From assembly GCA_051439605.1 (NCBI GenBank), contig JBFRWN010000070.1:16168-80167 (forward strand): a stretch of 64,000 nucleotides of DNA, read 5' to 3'. The notes beneath the pieces were generated by a model that saw nothing but the letters and a program-made list of their open reading frames with translations, was not told the origin of the DNA and searched no databases. Below are positions 41,073 to 52,070 of the stretch, piece by piece. How positions within the stretch are numbered: position 1 is the first letter of the stretch; every line of letters begins with the position of its first letter. The position numbers and the translations under genes are program-made. The stretch is from Synechococcus sp. Lineage in GTDB: Bacteria > Cyanobacteriota > Cyanobacteriia > Thermostichales > PCC-7336.

Positions 41073-41381
41073 TTAAATACTAGGTAGCCAGCCTTTAAAT
41101 TCATCTTTGCGGAAAACGCGTGGGCGAGAACGGGGACCAAACCGAATCAGGCTGGGTAGGCCGTGTTCTAGAATGTTGCGCTTGAGCCAGGTGCCAATCG
41201 GTGTGCGACCGTCAGCGGGCATTTCAGACTGGAAGTGGCTGTACATCAGCAACAATTGATTGCTGGATTGCAGTGGGGCGTTGTCTTCAATCAGCTTTGG
41301 CAAGATAGTGCTTGGTGTGCGGGAAGCTGTATTGCGGTTGTCTAGCGATCGTCGGTAATAGTTTTTCCGAGTGCGGGGCAT
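41073..41381 (-). CDS. Small hypothetical protein with weakly AlpA/excisionase-like C-terminus
   Basis: 102-aa basic ORF; GLPSLIRFGPRS...FRKDEFKGWL. Confidence 0.45.
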   Translation of the reverse strand: MPRTRKNYYRRSLDNRNTASRTPSTILPKLIEDNAPLQSSNQLLLMYSHFQSEMPADGRTPIGTWLKRNILEHGLPSLIRFGPRSRPRVFRKDEFKGWLPSI

Positions 41382-41817
41382 ATAAATTGAATCCTACGTG
41401 GAGGTTACGCCAATTGAGGAGTCACAGGAGTTCACTTGTTCGGCCGTTCCAACAGGTCTACACATTCATTGGAGTGGCGGAATAATAGTGCGTTGAGCTG
41501 TTCCGCGAGCGCAGGCAAGTTTGCACCCAGCATCGTTACAGATGTGTTTGGCAAATGTAGGAGGTCAGCGACTTAAAGTGGCTGATGGGGTAAGACGTCG
41601 AGGCTTTTTACTAAGGAATCGTATCGTTACCCAAAAACCTGCTAGGACATGCAGCTCAATCGATAGAAAAAGTGACCTAGGCTAATACCTATTATGCAGT
41701 GTTTGCGACAAAATCGCCAGGACGCTAGTTCAAGCTGCTGTCAGGCTCTCTATCTGATGTGCAATTCTCCTGTTCCAATCGGCCAGCTCACCAACACTAA
41801 CTTCGGCCTCAGGTCAT

Positions 41818-43401
41818 CTAAGAATCGATCGCCAGTTTGAGGCTGCGGGGGTCTCCCCAATCCCCTTCTAGGGCCTGAATGCGATTGTTGGCCGCAAGAT
41901 GTCGGACAATTTGGTAAATGCTTTCGATACGCTCCTCAGCCGAGATGCTACTTGCCAGTTGCGATAACGTAGAGGGCTGTTTCTGCAACTCTTCCAGTAC
42001 CTGGGTTTGAAGGTCTAGGATGCTAGCCGCTGCTTTTTTCCCCGCTTCAACCCCAGGCTGGTGATAGGCGTTGATATTGATCAGCGAGGCATATAGACCC
42101 ACTGCCCGCTCGTATAGGGCAATTAATGCCCCCACCGAGCGTTCGTCAACGCTTGGTAAGGTAACCGTGATTGAATCGCGATCGCTATGGAATAATGCTT
42201 GACGCGTACCCAGCAGAAAGCCGGTCAAATAATCTCCAGATGTCACCCCTGGTTCTAGTTCGATGGAGGGATGGTTGCGATCGTGAAGAACTTCAATAAA
42301 TGTGGCAAAGAAGTTCTTGACCCCGTCACGGAGTTGCTGAACGTAGGCATGTTGATCGGTGGAACCTTTGTTGCCGTAAACCGCTAATCCTTGGTTGACT
42401 GTCATGCCTGACAAGTCTTGAGCTTTCCCAAGAGACTCCATCACCAACTGCTGCAAATAGCGGCTAAACAGCATGAGGCGGTCTTTGTAGGGTAATACCA
42501 CCATGTCTTTGCTGCCTCGACCATCCCCCAGCCAGTACCAGCAAGCGGCCAACAACGCGGCAGGGTTGCCCCGCAAGCTGGGCAGGCGGGTGGCTTCATC
42601 CATGGTTTTTGCCCCCGCCAAGAGCGCGCGAATATCGATGCCCTGTAGCGCGGCTGGCACCAAACCCACAGCTGAGAACTCGGAAGTTCTGCCCCCCACC
42701 CAATCGTCCATAGGGAACGTGGCTAGCCAGCCCTCAAAACTGGCCCGATCGTCTAACTTGCTACCGACCCCAGTAATGGCTACCGCGTGGGCCGAAAATT
42801 CCAGGCCTGCATCTGCAAACACCGCCTGGACTTCTGTCATACCGTTCCGAGGCTCTGGAGTTCCTCCCGATTTGGAGGTGACCGTCACTAGGGTGGTACT
42901 GAGCCGTTCCCCTAAGGTTGCTAGGACGCGATCGATGCCGTCGGGGTCGGTGTTGTCAATAAAGTGAATATTCAGGGGAGGGCGATCTGGGGCAAGGGCA
43001 GCCGCAACAAACTGAGGTCCGAGGGCGGAACCACCGATACCGATTGCCAACAAATCTGTAAACTTGCCCCCTGTCGGAGGAAACAGCTTGCCGCTGTGAA
43101 TGTCGGTGGCGAACGCTTCAATTTTGGTCAGGGTGGATTCAATGCTTTGGGTTAGCTCTGGCTTGGGGGCTAATTCTGGGGCGCGCAGCCAATAGTGACC
43201 TACCATGCGCTGTTCATCCGGATTAGCGATCGCTCCTGACTCCAGCGCCTTCATGTCCTCAAAGGCCCGATCGAACCGGGGCTCCATCTCGATGATAAAG
43301 CTATCTGTAAAACGGACGCGACTGATATCGACGTATATTCCCAACTCAGCGTTGAAATAGAGCCATTGTTGGTAGCGCTGCCAAAGCTCTGCTGGAGTCA
43401 T
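41818..43401 (-). CDS. pgi: Glucose-6-phosphate isomerase
   Basis: [32 protein letters not shown] and HQPGVEAGK. Confidence 0.97.
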   Translation of the reverse strand: MTPAELWQRYQQWLYFNAELGIYVDISRVRFTDSFIIEMEPRFDRAFEDMKALESGAIANPDEQRMVGHYWLRAPELAPKPELTQSIESTLTKIEAFATDIHSGKLFPPTGGKFTDLLAIGIGGSALGPQFVAAALAPDRPPLNIHFIDNTDPDGIDRVLATLGERLSTTLVTVTSKSGGTPEPRNGMTEVQAVFADAGLEFSAHAVAITGVGSKLDDRASFEGWLATFPMDDWVGGRTSEFSAVGLVPAALQGIDIRALLAGAKTMDEATRLPSLRGNPAALLAACWYWLGDGRGSKDMVVLPYKDRLMLFSRYLQQLVMESLGKAQDLSGMTVNQGLAVYGNKGSTDQHAYVQQLRDGVKNFFATFIEVLHDRNHPSIELEPGVTSGDYLTGFLLGTRQALFHSDRDSITVTLPSVDERSVGALIALYERAVGLYASLININAYHQPGVEAGKKAAASILDLQTQVLEELQKQPSTLSQLASSISAEERIESIYQIVRHLAANNRIQALEGDWGDPRSLKLAIDS

Positions 43402-43509
43402 GGGAACTTCTGCCTTCCTACTGACGTGTCCTCAAAAAGGCTAACGCAAAACCGACAGAGGAACGTTAAAACTAAATATGACGCTTGAAATTTAAGGATT
43501 TTTGCTGCT

Positions 43510-43791
43510 ATGGCCGATCCCATTACCCCAGCCGTCAGCGATCGCATCTGCCAGCACATGAATGACGATCATGCAGAGGCGGTGGCGCTCTACGCACAGG
43601 TTTACGGTGGGCTTGCCAACGTGAAATCAGCCCAAATGAAAGCGATTGACCCTCAGGGGATGGATTTAATGGCTGATGTGGATGGTGCTGAGACTGCCGT
43701 GCGAATTGCCTTCGAGCGCGATTTAGCAGATTCCGAAGATGCCCACCAAACCCTGATCGCCATGGTGCGTCAGGCCCGCTCGAAGGGTTAG
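43510..43791 (+). CDS. Standalone DUF2470 (GluBP/HugZ-associated) heme-related domain protein
   Basis: RICQHMNDDH...IDPQGMDL...DAHQTL. Confidence 0.88.
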   Translation: MADPITPAVSDRICQHMNDDHAEAVALYAQVYGGLANVKSAQMKAIDPQGMDLMADVDGAETAVRIAFERDLADSEDAHQTLIAMVRQARSKG

Positions 43792-44336
43792 TTGAGTGAG
43801 TCTTTAAGAATTTAAGCCGCAGCCATAACGCAAATCAGGGTCGAGCCAGCAGCAAAATTCTCTTCGATGTTAACCGCATCAATCGGAGCAAACTGACAAA
43901 TCTTATGTTTACTAGCGTGCTCCCAGCACGTGCTTGCCAATCTTTGTCAGACCTTTGCCGCACCGACGTTTTCCGATCTAGCCCGCACCGAGCTCGTAAT
44001 GTTGTTCGAGGGGCAAGCTTGCTTGGCTTGCAACCCTGCGCTTTAGTCCTTTACTCCGCCTGCTCTTGTTGCTGGATCTAGAGCGATCGAATCAGTAGAA
44101 TCACTACGCTGAGATGGTTTCAGCCTCCAACAGGCTGTCTGAGAGCTGGATTTCGAAACTTTAAGATTATTAACGAGCACTCTGTCGGGCTGGACTTATT
44201 CTATTGAAAGGTTAAAACTCAATCTTGCTTGCAATCCCCCTTGACCGAGGTGGATGCAATCTTTGGCAACATAATTTGCCAGTCTTAATACCTTGATAAT
44301 CATCCTTTTTTGGTGCATCAAAGCTTAGGAGGCCCC

Positions 44337-45065
44337 GTGAGTCATCAATTAGCGACCCTATTGAAAGAAGGGACGAAAGAGTCTCATACGATGGCGGAAA
44401 ACGTCGGATTTATTAAAAACTTTTTGGGCGGTCTGGTTGAAAAAAGCTCCTACCGCAAGTTGGTGGGAAACTTCTACTTTATCTATGCGGCGATCGAGCA
44501 AGAGTTTGAACGCCACAAGGACCATCCCGTGCTGAGCAAATTGTATTTTCCTGAGCTGTGGAGAACCCACACCCTAGAGGAAGACTTGGCGTTTTATTAC
44601 GGCAAGAACTGGCGTTCTGAAGTGAAAGCCTCCCCTGCTTGCGAAGAGTACGTCAAGCGCCTGAAGGTTGTGTCTAACGAACAGCCTGAGCTTCTGGTTG
44701 CCCACGCCTACACCCGATATATGGGAGACCTGTCTGGCGGTCAAATCCTCAAGAATATTGCCAAGAATGCCATGGGACTTGAGGATGGATCCGGCCTTAG
44801 CTTCTACGAGTTTGAATCCATCAACAATCCCGGTCGGTTTAAGAATATTTATCGTGCAGCAATGGATAGCTTGCCCGTGAGCGAGCAAATGGCTCAATCC
44901 ATTGTGGATGAAGCTAACCTCAGCTTTAAGATGAACATGAACATGTTCCAGGAACTGGAAGGTAACTGGTTCATTGGCCTGCTGCGCTTCACCATGAATT
45001 CTCTGCGTGCCAAGCTGCAGTCCATGTTTGGTGCGTCCGAAAAGCCTGCTTCGCAGACTAGCTAA
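44337..45065 (+). CDS. ho1: Ferredoxin-dependent heme oxygenase
   Basis: GTG start after AGGAGG; LKEGTKESHTMAEN and HAYTRYMGDLSGGQ. Paralogue assignment (ho1 vs ho2) is not certain. Confidence 0.9.
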   Translation: MSHQLATLLKEGTKESHTMAENVGFIKNFLGGLVEKSSYRKLVGNFYFIYAAIEQEFERHKDHPVLSKLYFPELWRTHTLEEDLAFYYGKNWRSEVKASPACEEYVKRLKVVSNEQPELLVAHAYTRYMGDLSGGQILKNIAKNAMGLEDGSGLSFYEFESINNPGRFKNIYRAAMDSLPVSEQMAQSIVDEANLSFKMNMNMFQELEGNWFIGLLRFTMNSLRAKLQSMFGASEKPASQTS

Positions 45066-45118
45066 GCCGAGACATGCAGACCGCTTGTATTTGGCATGAA
45101 GCCCGAGCAAGCTAGGTG

Positions 45119-45151
45119 ATAAGCTCCACCAATTTTGGTGGGGCTTTATTT
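45119..45151. terminator. Probable bidirectional intrinsic terminator
   Basis: AAGCTCCACCAA-TT-TTGGTGGGGCTT between the convergent heme oxygenase and nagZ genes. Confidence 0.6.
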
Positions 45152-45218
45152 GGCCTATCAATCTCGCTTTGGTCTGAATTTACGGACGGGGTAGCGACCA
45201 TCAACACGAATCCCTCAC

Positions 45219-46973
45219 TCAAGCCTCGGGAATCCCCTTCACTGCTTGCAACTCAGAGCCCCACAACTGTTTCGCCACCTCCGCCTGGGCTACATCCCGC
45301 CGATCGCCGGAGTAAATGCAGGGGAATCCATAGGGTTCTGACAGCTCTAACATGCGATCGAACGCGCTGCGACTGCCGTAACACACCAGCGCCTTCACCT
45401 TCTGCCAATGCCGCACCAACAGGTGCTGTGTCGCTGGTGATAGTCCCCCATGACCGCGAAACGGGCCGGACTGTACGAATACCTGTACCACCAGTCCGCT
45501 GGCGCTATCCAGCGCCTGCTCGAGCAGAAAGGCAGGCGTATTCAAATCCGCCAGCAAAGTGGGGATCCCCTGCGCAGTAGCGGACTCGATCGCCGGACTG
45601 GTGGGGCTGACAAAACCAGCAGATAGCCAGCGATCGGTCCACATCCAGTTCAACCAATTGGGCTCCGCCTGTAACGGTAATTCTTGCCGACGATAGGGAT
45701 GGACGGCCGCGATGGCGATCGCCTCCGAAATTAGTCTGGAGGCTGATGTGCCCACCACCCGCGCGATCGCATCTGCCGGAGTAGCGGAGCTGACGGCGGT
45801 CTCTAGTAGGCGCTCCAGGCTAGAGGGTTTGTTGCGGGGGGCTGTACCCAATAGCTCAGTTAAGGCGGGGGGGGCGTTGGCAGGTTTTGCCGTAGGTCTC
45901 GACCCTGGCAACAGACGCTCAATTGGAAGTTGCTCCATGCGGGAGCTATCGCACACCCGGTGTTTTGCGTTCAATATCCGCTCCACCGATTGACGAATCC
46001 GCTGGCGGGAAAGGCGGCCCGATTCCACCGCTGCACAAATAGCCTCAATGGCATCCAGCGGTTGCGGCGGCATGACAATAACATCGGCTCCTGCCTCTAG
46101 CGCCCGTACCGCCAACTCACCGCCAGAGAGGGGGGCCTCTGATGAGGGAAACTGTGTCATCGCCCCCATCGTCATGGCATCCGTGACCACCAAGCCGTCA
46201 AAATTCCACTCTTGACGTAGAACGCCCTCTAGCATCTTTTCTGAGAGGGTGGCAGGCCAATCGGGATCGAGCTTGGGCACCATTAGATGGGCGCTCATGA
46301 TGGCATCAACACCAGCGGAGATGGCCTGCTGGAACGGCTGCCATTCCAGGGATTCCAAACGAGCTCGGGGATGAGATAGCTCCGGCAGAATAAGGTGAGA
46401 GTCTACGCTGGTATCGCCATGGCCGGGGAAATGCTTGGCGGTGGTCAACACAGAAGCGGTTTTGGCCCCGCGAATAAATGCACTGGCCAGTTCCCCAACC
46501 CGTTCTGGGCTGGAGCCAAAGGCACGCACGTCAATCACGGGGTTGTTAGGGTTGCTCTGCACGTCCACCACGGGGGCAAACAGCCAGTTAATCCCCAGCG
46601 CCGTTGCTTCGCGGGCGGTCACCTGCCCCATCTGTCTGGCCCAACTAATCCCCGCTTGACCCAGATCGGAGAAGGCGATCGCTGGAGGAAACTCCGTCGC
46701 CCCCCTAAACCTTTGCCCCACCCCCCATTCCACATCCGCACAGACAAATAAGGGGATGGAGGCCCAATCCTGCATCTGCTGCACCCGCAGCGTCACGTCA
46801 GCCACCGTTCCCCCAAACAGCAACACTCCCCCCACCCCCACATCCTGAATCAGGGGCTGCAGCTTCTCTCGGGGCCATTCCCACTGGGGATAGCCTGCTT
46901 GTGAATCGAGCAGGTGACCGGAGGCCCGCACCACGATCGTCTGCGCCACTTGTTGCTGCAGGGTCAGCTCCAT
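45219..46973 (-). CDS. nagZ: GH3 beta-N-acetylhexosaminidase
   Basis: KHFPGHGDTSVDSH, IMSAH, PATLS and TDAM.M. Confidence 0.88.
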   Translation of the reverse strand: MELTLQQQVAQTIVVRASGHLLDSQAGYPQWEWPREKLQPLIQDVGVGGVLLFGGTVADVTLRVQQMQDWASIPLFVCADVEWGVGQRFRGATEFPPAIAFSDLGQAGISWARQMGQVTAREATALGINWLFAPVVDVQSNPNNPVIDVRAFGSSPERVGELASAFIRGAKTASVLTTAKHFPGHGDTSVDSHLILPELSHPRARLESLEWQPFQQAISAGVDAIMSAHLMVPKLDPDWPATLSEKMLEGVLRQEWNFDGLVVTDAMTMGAMTQFPSSEAPLSGGELAVRALEAGADVIVMPPQPLDAIEAICAAVESGRLSRQRIRQSVERILNAKHRVCDSSRMEQLPIERLLPGSRPTAKPANAPPALTELLGTAPRNKPSSLERLLETAVSSATPADAIARVVGTSASRLISEAIAIAAVHPYRRQELPLQAEPNWLNWMWTDRWLSAGFVSPTSPAIESATAQGIPTLLADLNTPAFLLEQALDSASGLVVQVFVQSGPFRGHGGLSPATQHLLVRHWQKVKALVCYGSRSAFDRMLELSEPYGFPCIYSGDRRDVAQAEVAKQLWGSELQAVKGIPEA

Positions 46974-47069
46974 ACCTCAAACCTAAAAATCACCTGACCA
47001 TCACTCTATCCGCCATTATTCCGTCTGGTACTGTGGGAGCACCGCTCGGATAAGTTCCTAAAGTTCGCA

Positions 47070-48392
47070 TTGACTATGCTTAGCCGTACGATCGTTTGCA
47101 CCCATACTCTCAAACACGATTGGACCCATTGCCGTCCCCTTAGAGTGGTGGGGGCGATGAGCGGGACATCGATGGATGGAATTGATGTGGCTTGTGTGGA
47201 GATTCAGCCTTCCCTCCAGTTGGCTACCCCCCTCTCTGTCAGGGTTCTTGCCACCGACAGCGTTCCCTACCCACCAGCATTGCGGCAGCGAATTCTCGAC
47301 ATTGCCAGCGGTTTACAGATTTCTTTGCCCGAATTGAGTCAGCTGGATGACGCAATCGCCAACGCATTTTCCACCGCCACATTAGAAGTCACCTCAGCCG
47401 CTCGAGCTACTCCTAATGCTAGTGGTTGCGCAGCCATCGACCTAATCGGCTCCCACGGTCAAACAGTCTTTCACAAAGCCCCCGATTCTAATTGCACCAT
47501 TGGTCACAGCATTCAGTTGGGGCGAGGGGAAACGATCTCCATGCTTACCGGCATCCCCACCGTAAGCAATTTTCGAGCTGCCGATATTGCCATCAAGGGT
47601 CATGGAGCCCCGCTAGTCCCCCGAGTGGATGCCTTGCTACTGCGCGCTCGAGAAGAATCTCGCTGTATTCAAAACATTGGCGGCATTGGTAATGTGACTT
47701 ACCTACCTGCGCTGCAGCCTGAAGGAAAGCGGTCCGAGGGGAAGCAGTCCAAGGGGGAGATTATCGGATGGGACACCGGCCCTGGCAACGTCCTGATTGA
47801 CCTAGCGGTAGCTCGATTCAGTCAGGGGGAGCTGAGCTACGACCGGGATGGTCAATGGGCGGCCCAAGGCACCCCACATACAGAGTTAGTTGACCGCTGG
47901 CTGCAGGCCGAGTTTTTTCAACAGCAGCCCCCAAAGTCGACGGGCAGAGAACTGTATTCGCCTGCCTATCTGGAGCAGTGCCTAGCCGATTGCGCTCGAT
48001 TCTCTCTCTCGACAGAGGATATCCTCGCCACCCTGACGGATTTCACCGCAGCCTCGATCGCCGATAGCTACCAAAAGTTCCTGATTGCTCAACCCGATCG
48101 CGTTGCCATCTGCGGTGGCGGTGTCCGTAACGCTTACCTGATGAAGCGCCTGCAGCTGCGCTTTGGGAATATTCCGGTGGTTTCCACCGCAGAATTAGGG
48201 ATGGACCCCTCTTATAAAGAGGCGATCGCCTTTGCGGTCTTGGCCTATCTCAGAGTGCATCATATTCCCGGTAACTTACCGTCAGTGACCGGAGCTGCCG
48301 ATTGGTGCTTGCTAGGAGACTTACATGTTGGCAAAAAGCAGCGAATTGTTGCACAGTATCCACAAGCAAATCTGTCTGCGACCCAAGGCTGA
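47070..48392 (+). CDS. anmK: Anhydro-N-acetylmuramic acid kinase
   Basis: MSGTSMDG, GSHGQT, GAPL, NIGGI.N, DTGPGN, KSTGRE and KEA.AFA. Confidence 0.95.
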   Translation: MTMLSRTIVCTHTLKHDWTHCRPLRVVGAMSGTSMDGIDVACVEIQPSLQLATPLSVRVLATDSVPYPPALRQRILDIASGLQISLPELSQLDDAIANAFSTATLEVTSAARATPNASGCAAIDLIGSHGQTVFHKAPDSNCTIGHSIQLGRGETISMLTGIPTVSNFRAADIAIKGHGAPLVPRVDALLLRAREESRCIQNIGGIGNVTYLPALQPEGKRSEGKQSKGEIIGWDTGPGNVLIDLAVARFSQGELSYDRDGQWAAQGTPHTELVDRWLQAEFFQQQPPKSTGRELYSPAYLEQCLADCARFSLSTEDILATLTDFTAASIADSYQKFLIAQPDRVAICGGGVRNAYLMKRLQLRFGNIPVVSTAELGMDPSYKEAIAFAVLAYLRVHHIPGNLPSVTGAADWCLLGDLHVGKKQRIVAQYPQANLSATQG

Positions 48393-48624
48393 TGATTAAA
48401 GGAGAAACATGGAAACATTCCAACTCTCAGGATGCGGAACCTTGATTTGATGTGCTTTCGACAACCACTGGGTCCGCTTCCCAATAGAACGTTTACCGAT
48501 TAGAGATTTCCATTAAAAAGAGATGGGAACACTGTCTACAACTCCGAAATCTGTCCAGGTTGGCTGAATCTATCCTGTACGGCTGACCTCTTGTCGCTAT
48601 TGCCCCCTGCAGCTCTTCATTCAA

Positions 48625-48912
48625 TTGCCTATGCTAACGATTCATCTCCTTTTGGCCTTTACCCTTGTGGTGTCTGCCATGTTATGGGCATATTCTACGC
48701 TGATGGTGTTTTGGGTGCTGTTAGAGGAATCCAATTCCATCTACTCCACCCCGATGCGCAGTGCCCTCGATCGATTTGTAGACACGTTTTATCTGGGGTG
48801 GCTGAAACCTCTCCATCAGCTACATATTTCTGAACGTCGTCCCCTCAGCTACGGTTTGTTTGTGGCTGTCACTATCGGCATTGGGGTTTTGCTTTATCTC
48901 TCAGAAAGCTAA
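48625..48912 (+). CDS. Small two-TM hypothetical protein
   Basis: 95-aa ORF with two hydrophobic helices. Confidence 0.55.
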   Translation: MPMLTIHLLLAFTLVVSAMLWAYSTLMVFWVLLEESNSIYSTPMRSALDRFVDTFYLGWLKPLHQLHISERRPLSYGLFVAVTIGIGVLLYLSES

Positions 48913-49014
48913 TTTCTCTTGTTTCAAGTCTGAATACTCTTGATTGCCTGAGTATAGTGGCTAGACAGCGAATCTTTAATTAAGCCACAAATAGTTGGTG
49001 GAGTCGCAACTCTA

Positions 49015-50538
49015 TTGATGGAGAAAACTAGAGGACTTGTCTATTTCATAGGAGCGGGCTTAGGTCAGCTGGACAGTTTGTCCTACCGAGGGTGGCAAGT
49101 GCTTCAGCAGGCAGAAGTAGCCTTAATCGACGATCTGGCGGACTCGCAGGTACTCTCGTTGCTCCCCAACTATTGCAAGCGGATTCATGTGGGCAAGCGG
49201 GGCGGAAAACCCAGTGTTCCTCAAGACGAGATTAATCGGTTATCGATCGCCTACTGCCAGCAGGGGCTCAAGGTGATGCGACTCAAGTCTGGGGACCCAG
49301 GGATTTTTGGACGCCTCGTTCAGGAGGTACAAGCGTTAAACCAGGCAGGTTGCCCCTACGAAGTCATCCCCGGTATTTCTTCGGCGATCGCGGGACCGCT
49401 ATTGGCAGGTATTCCTTTAACAGCAACGAATCTGAGCCATTCATTTGCCGTCTCCACCGCCCACGATCCGGACCTCCTCGCTTGGGAGGGACTAGCCCAA
49501 CTGGATACCCTAGTGTTTTTGATGGGTACCCGCACTCTGGACCAGATTTGCCAGAACTTAATCCATTCAGGTAAGCCAGTAGAAACTCCTATTGCCCTGA
49601 TTCGTCATTCCGGAAGACCCCAGCAACGGGTGTGGGTGGGGCAATTGGGGACATTTGCTGCCACAATGGCATCGCAAGCTGGATCGCTATCTCCAGCGGC
49701 GATCGTAGTAGGTGAGGTGGTAACGTTGCGCGAAGACCTGATGCAATCGCATTCTGCGCAAAACAGTTCAAGACCGCTGCAAGGAAAAACCGTTTTGGTC
49801 ACCCGTGCCCATACCCAGTCAGGGGCGATGACAGAGAAACTGCAACAGTTGGGGGCAACGGTGGTGGAAATACCCACGATTGAAATCGTGCCCCCCTCCG
49901 ATATCACCCCGCTGAAGGATGCGATCGCCAACCTAAACCAATTTGACTGGCTGGTGTTAGCCTCTGGCAATGCAGTGGAAGCGTTCTTTGCCCACCTACG
50001 AGAGTCTGGACAAGATAGCCGAGCGCTGCAGGGGGTAAAGGTTGCGGTGGTGGGGCAAAAAACAGCCAAGGTATTAGCTCAGCAGGGAATTCAGCCAGAC
50101 TTTGTACCAGAGGAGTTTGTGGCGGATGCGCTGGTGGAGTCTATGCCGGTGTCCGAGGGAGATCGTCTGCTATTCCCCCGGGTGGAATCGGGGGGACGTC
50201 CTACGTTGGTCAACGGTCTGAGTCAGCGGGGAGTCATGGTGGTAGAGGTTCCTGCCTACCAATCTCGTTGTCCTGAGGCGATCGATCCACAGGCGTTGGC
50301 ACTCATGCGACAGCAAAAGATTGACGTTCTAACGTTTGCCAGCTCCAAAACCGTTGTCCACTTTCATCAGTTAGTACAACAGGCAAGGCTGGAAGAAGAG
50401 TTGCTCGAAACTACAACCATTGCAGCCATTGGTCCAAAGACAGCGGAAACCTGTCAAGACCTATTCGGACGGGTGGACGTCTGCGCCCGCGAGTATACGC
50501 TCGACGGTCTAGTGGAGGCGATCGTCGAACTGCATTGA
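49015..50538 (+). CDS. Uroporphyrinogen-III C-methyltransferase / uroporphyrinogen-III synthase fusion (CobA-HemD)
   Basis: VGKRGG, RLKSGDP and PGISS, then VLVTRA...TFASSKTV...AIGPKTA. Confidence 0.95.
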   Translation: MMEKTRGLVYFIGAGLGQLDSLSYRGWQVLQQAEVALIDDLADSQVLSLLPNYCKRIHVGKRGGKPSVPQDEINRLSIAYCQQGLKVMRLKSGDPGIFGRLVQEVQALNQAGCPYEVIPGISSAIAGPLLAGIPLTATNLSHSFAVSTAHDPDLLAWEGLAQLDTLVFLMGTRTLDQICQNLIHSGKPVETPIALIRHSGRPQQRVWVGQLGTFAATMASQAGSLSPAAIVVGEVVTLREDLMQSHSAQNSSRPLQGKTVLVTRAHTQSGAMTEKLQQLGATVVEIPTIEIVPPSDITPLKDAIANLNQFDWLVLASGNAVEAFFAHLRESGQDSRALQGVKVAVVGQKTAKVLAQQGIQPDFVPEEFVADALVESMPVSEGDRLLFPRVESGGRPTLVNGLSQRGVMVVEVPAYQSRCPEAIDPQALALMRQQKIDVLTFASSKTVVHFHQLVQQARLEEELLETTTIAAIGPKTAETCQDLFGRVDVCAREYTLDGLVEAIVELH

Positions 50539-50799
50539 ACCCACTTTAAAATGGTGGGGAGTTTTTAGTGTCTTCTAGCTATCGCGACCGTCAAAGTACT
50601 TAGTCATCTCAACGATCCAGAGCCCTGATTCAGCATAGAAATTGCTCTTAACAGAGATGTCAAGATTTATTTATCATTATCCTAACGGAAATTGCAACAG
50701 ATATATCTATGATTTGATTGGGCCTGTTCCAAAGATTAAAAGAGTTGATTGATACCCCTTGGTAGTCATGATTGTCCACCTTCAAACGGTTAATGACAG

Positions 50800-50835
50800 A
50801 AAATCCACCTGCTATAGCACTAGCAGATGGATTTT
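50800..50835. terminator. Probable intrinsic terminator downstream of cyAbrB
   Basis: AAAATCCACCTGCTA-TAGCAC-TAGCAGATGGATTTT. Confidence 0.6.
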
Positions 50836-50902
50836 TATGTTGCCAAAAGAGCTGTGTGGTGCTGATATTGCAGGGCACCACAGACGAGCAAAGGAAACTG
50901 CT

Positions 50903-51277
50903 CTAGTCTTCGACGCGAGTTAGCGCGATACTGCGCTTGCCCAACTTAATAGAGAATTCATCGCCAGGTTCCAAACCCATCTCTTTTGTGTAAGTGGCAC
51001 CAATGAGCAAGTTACCATTCTTGTGCACAGAAACCCGGTAGGTGGCTTCACGGCCACGGGTTCCTTTAGAGGTGGTGGCGGCATCAAACGACATTCCTTC
51101 AGCCTCAAGCAAAGCGTTGTAAAACGCCATCAGGCTAATACGCTCTTGACCGGTTTTCGTATAGGTCACGTAGCCGCAGGCTTTTGCAATATCCTTCTTG
51201 TCTTCACCCTGCAGATGTTTGACTTTTTCTTGCAGAGCTTTGCCGGTAAGTGGAGAAGTCAGTTTCTTTTCAGCCAT
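50903..51277 (-). CDS. Cyanobacterial AbrB-like regulator (cyAbrB)
   Basis: PLTGKAL...AKACGY...FYNALLEA...YRVSVHKNGNLLIGATYT...GDEF.IKLG. Confidence 0.95.
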   Translation of the reverse strand: MAEKKLTSPLTGKALQEKVKHLQGEDKKDIAKACGYVTYTKTGQERISLMAFYNALLEAEGMSFDAATTSKGTRGREATYRVSVHKNGNLLIGATYTKEMGLEPGDEFSIKLGKRSIALTRVED

Positions 51278-52070
51278 TTCTTGTTAATAAAAGGATGCGA
51301 ATTTCATGTTAACCCTAATTGCACCAAAAAACATTCCATCTTGGCTGTTTTTAATAAATTATTTTCGTGTAAGCAATATTTTGTCGTCGACTTAGCAGCC
51401 TTCAATCTCATGCCCAGACTGGCCTCCAGCGTTACTACTGTAAATTACTCATCTTCAAAAAAGGTTTCAGTGACTGTCTAGGTATCGCGACAATGTGGGC
51501 GATCGATCTCAAGCCACGAGCATGGTGTAGCTCGCTGCACCAACTCTTGTCTACCCGTTTAAGCGATCGGAATATGGAGACTTAGTTAAATCCACCGATT
51601 AGATATCTTGAGAGGATCTTGGGCATTTAGGGATCGTTTGGTTAAGTTGACATGAAAACCACGATGCGAGCGAAGGACTGAATCTCGTCAGAACTGCCGT
51701 CAATGGAAATTGTGCATTAGTTATTCTGAACTCGATGTAATTTCTTTCACTTTGATATCACACTTTCTGGTTTCTGAAGCTAGAGCTGAATGCTTCTCCC
51801 GAATTACCACCCGACTAAGAAATTAGACTCTGGGCAAGCATATCTACTCATGGCCGTACAGATCTAATTTCTTCCATCCTGAAAGTGCGATCGCGCATGG
51901 ATTGCGAACTCTGTTTGTGATGGGCTAAAACAGGTAGGTTATCTCGCGATACCCGCAGGTGCTCGCGAGAACTTACAGCTAATTTCGATCGCCTTTTGGG
52001 GGCTACAGCTAGGAACTTGGATTGATGGCTAATTGCTGACACCAATATTTCTCAGATTAGTTATCGCAAT

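Noticed and set aside
44290..44310. Fur-box-like GATAATCAT upstream of heme oxygenase
   Set aside because: Only a half-site match, too weak to call.
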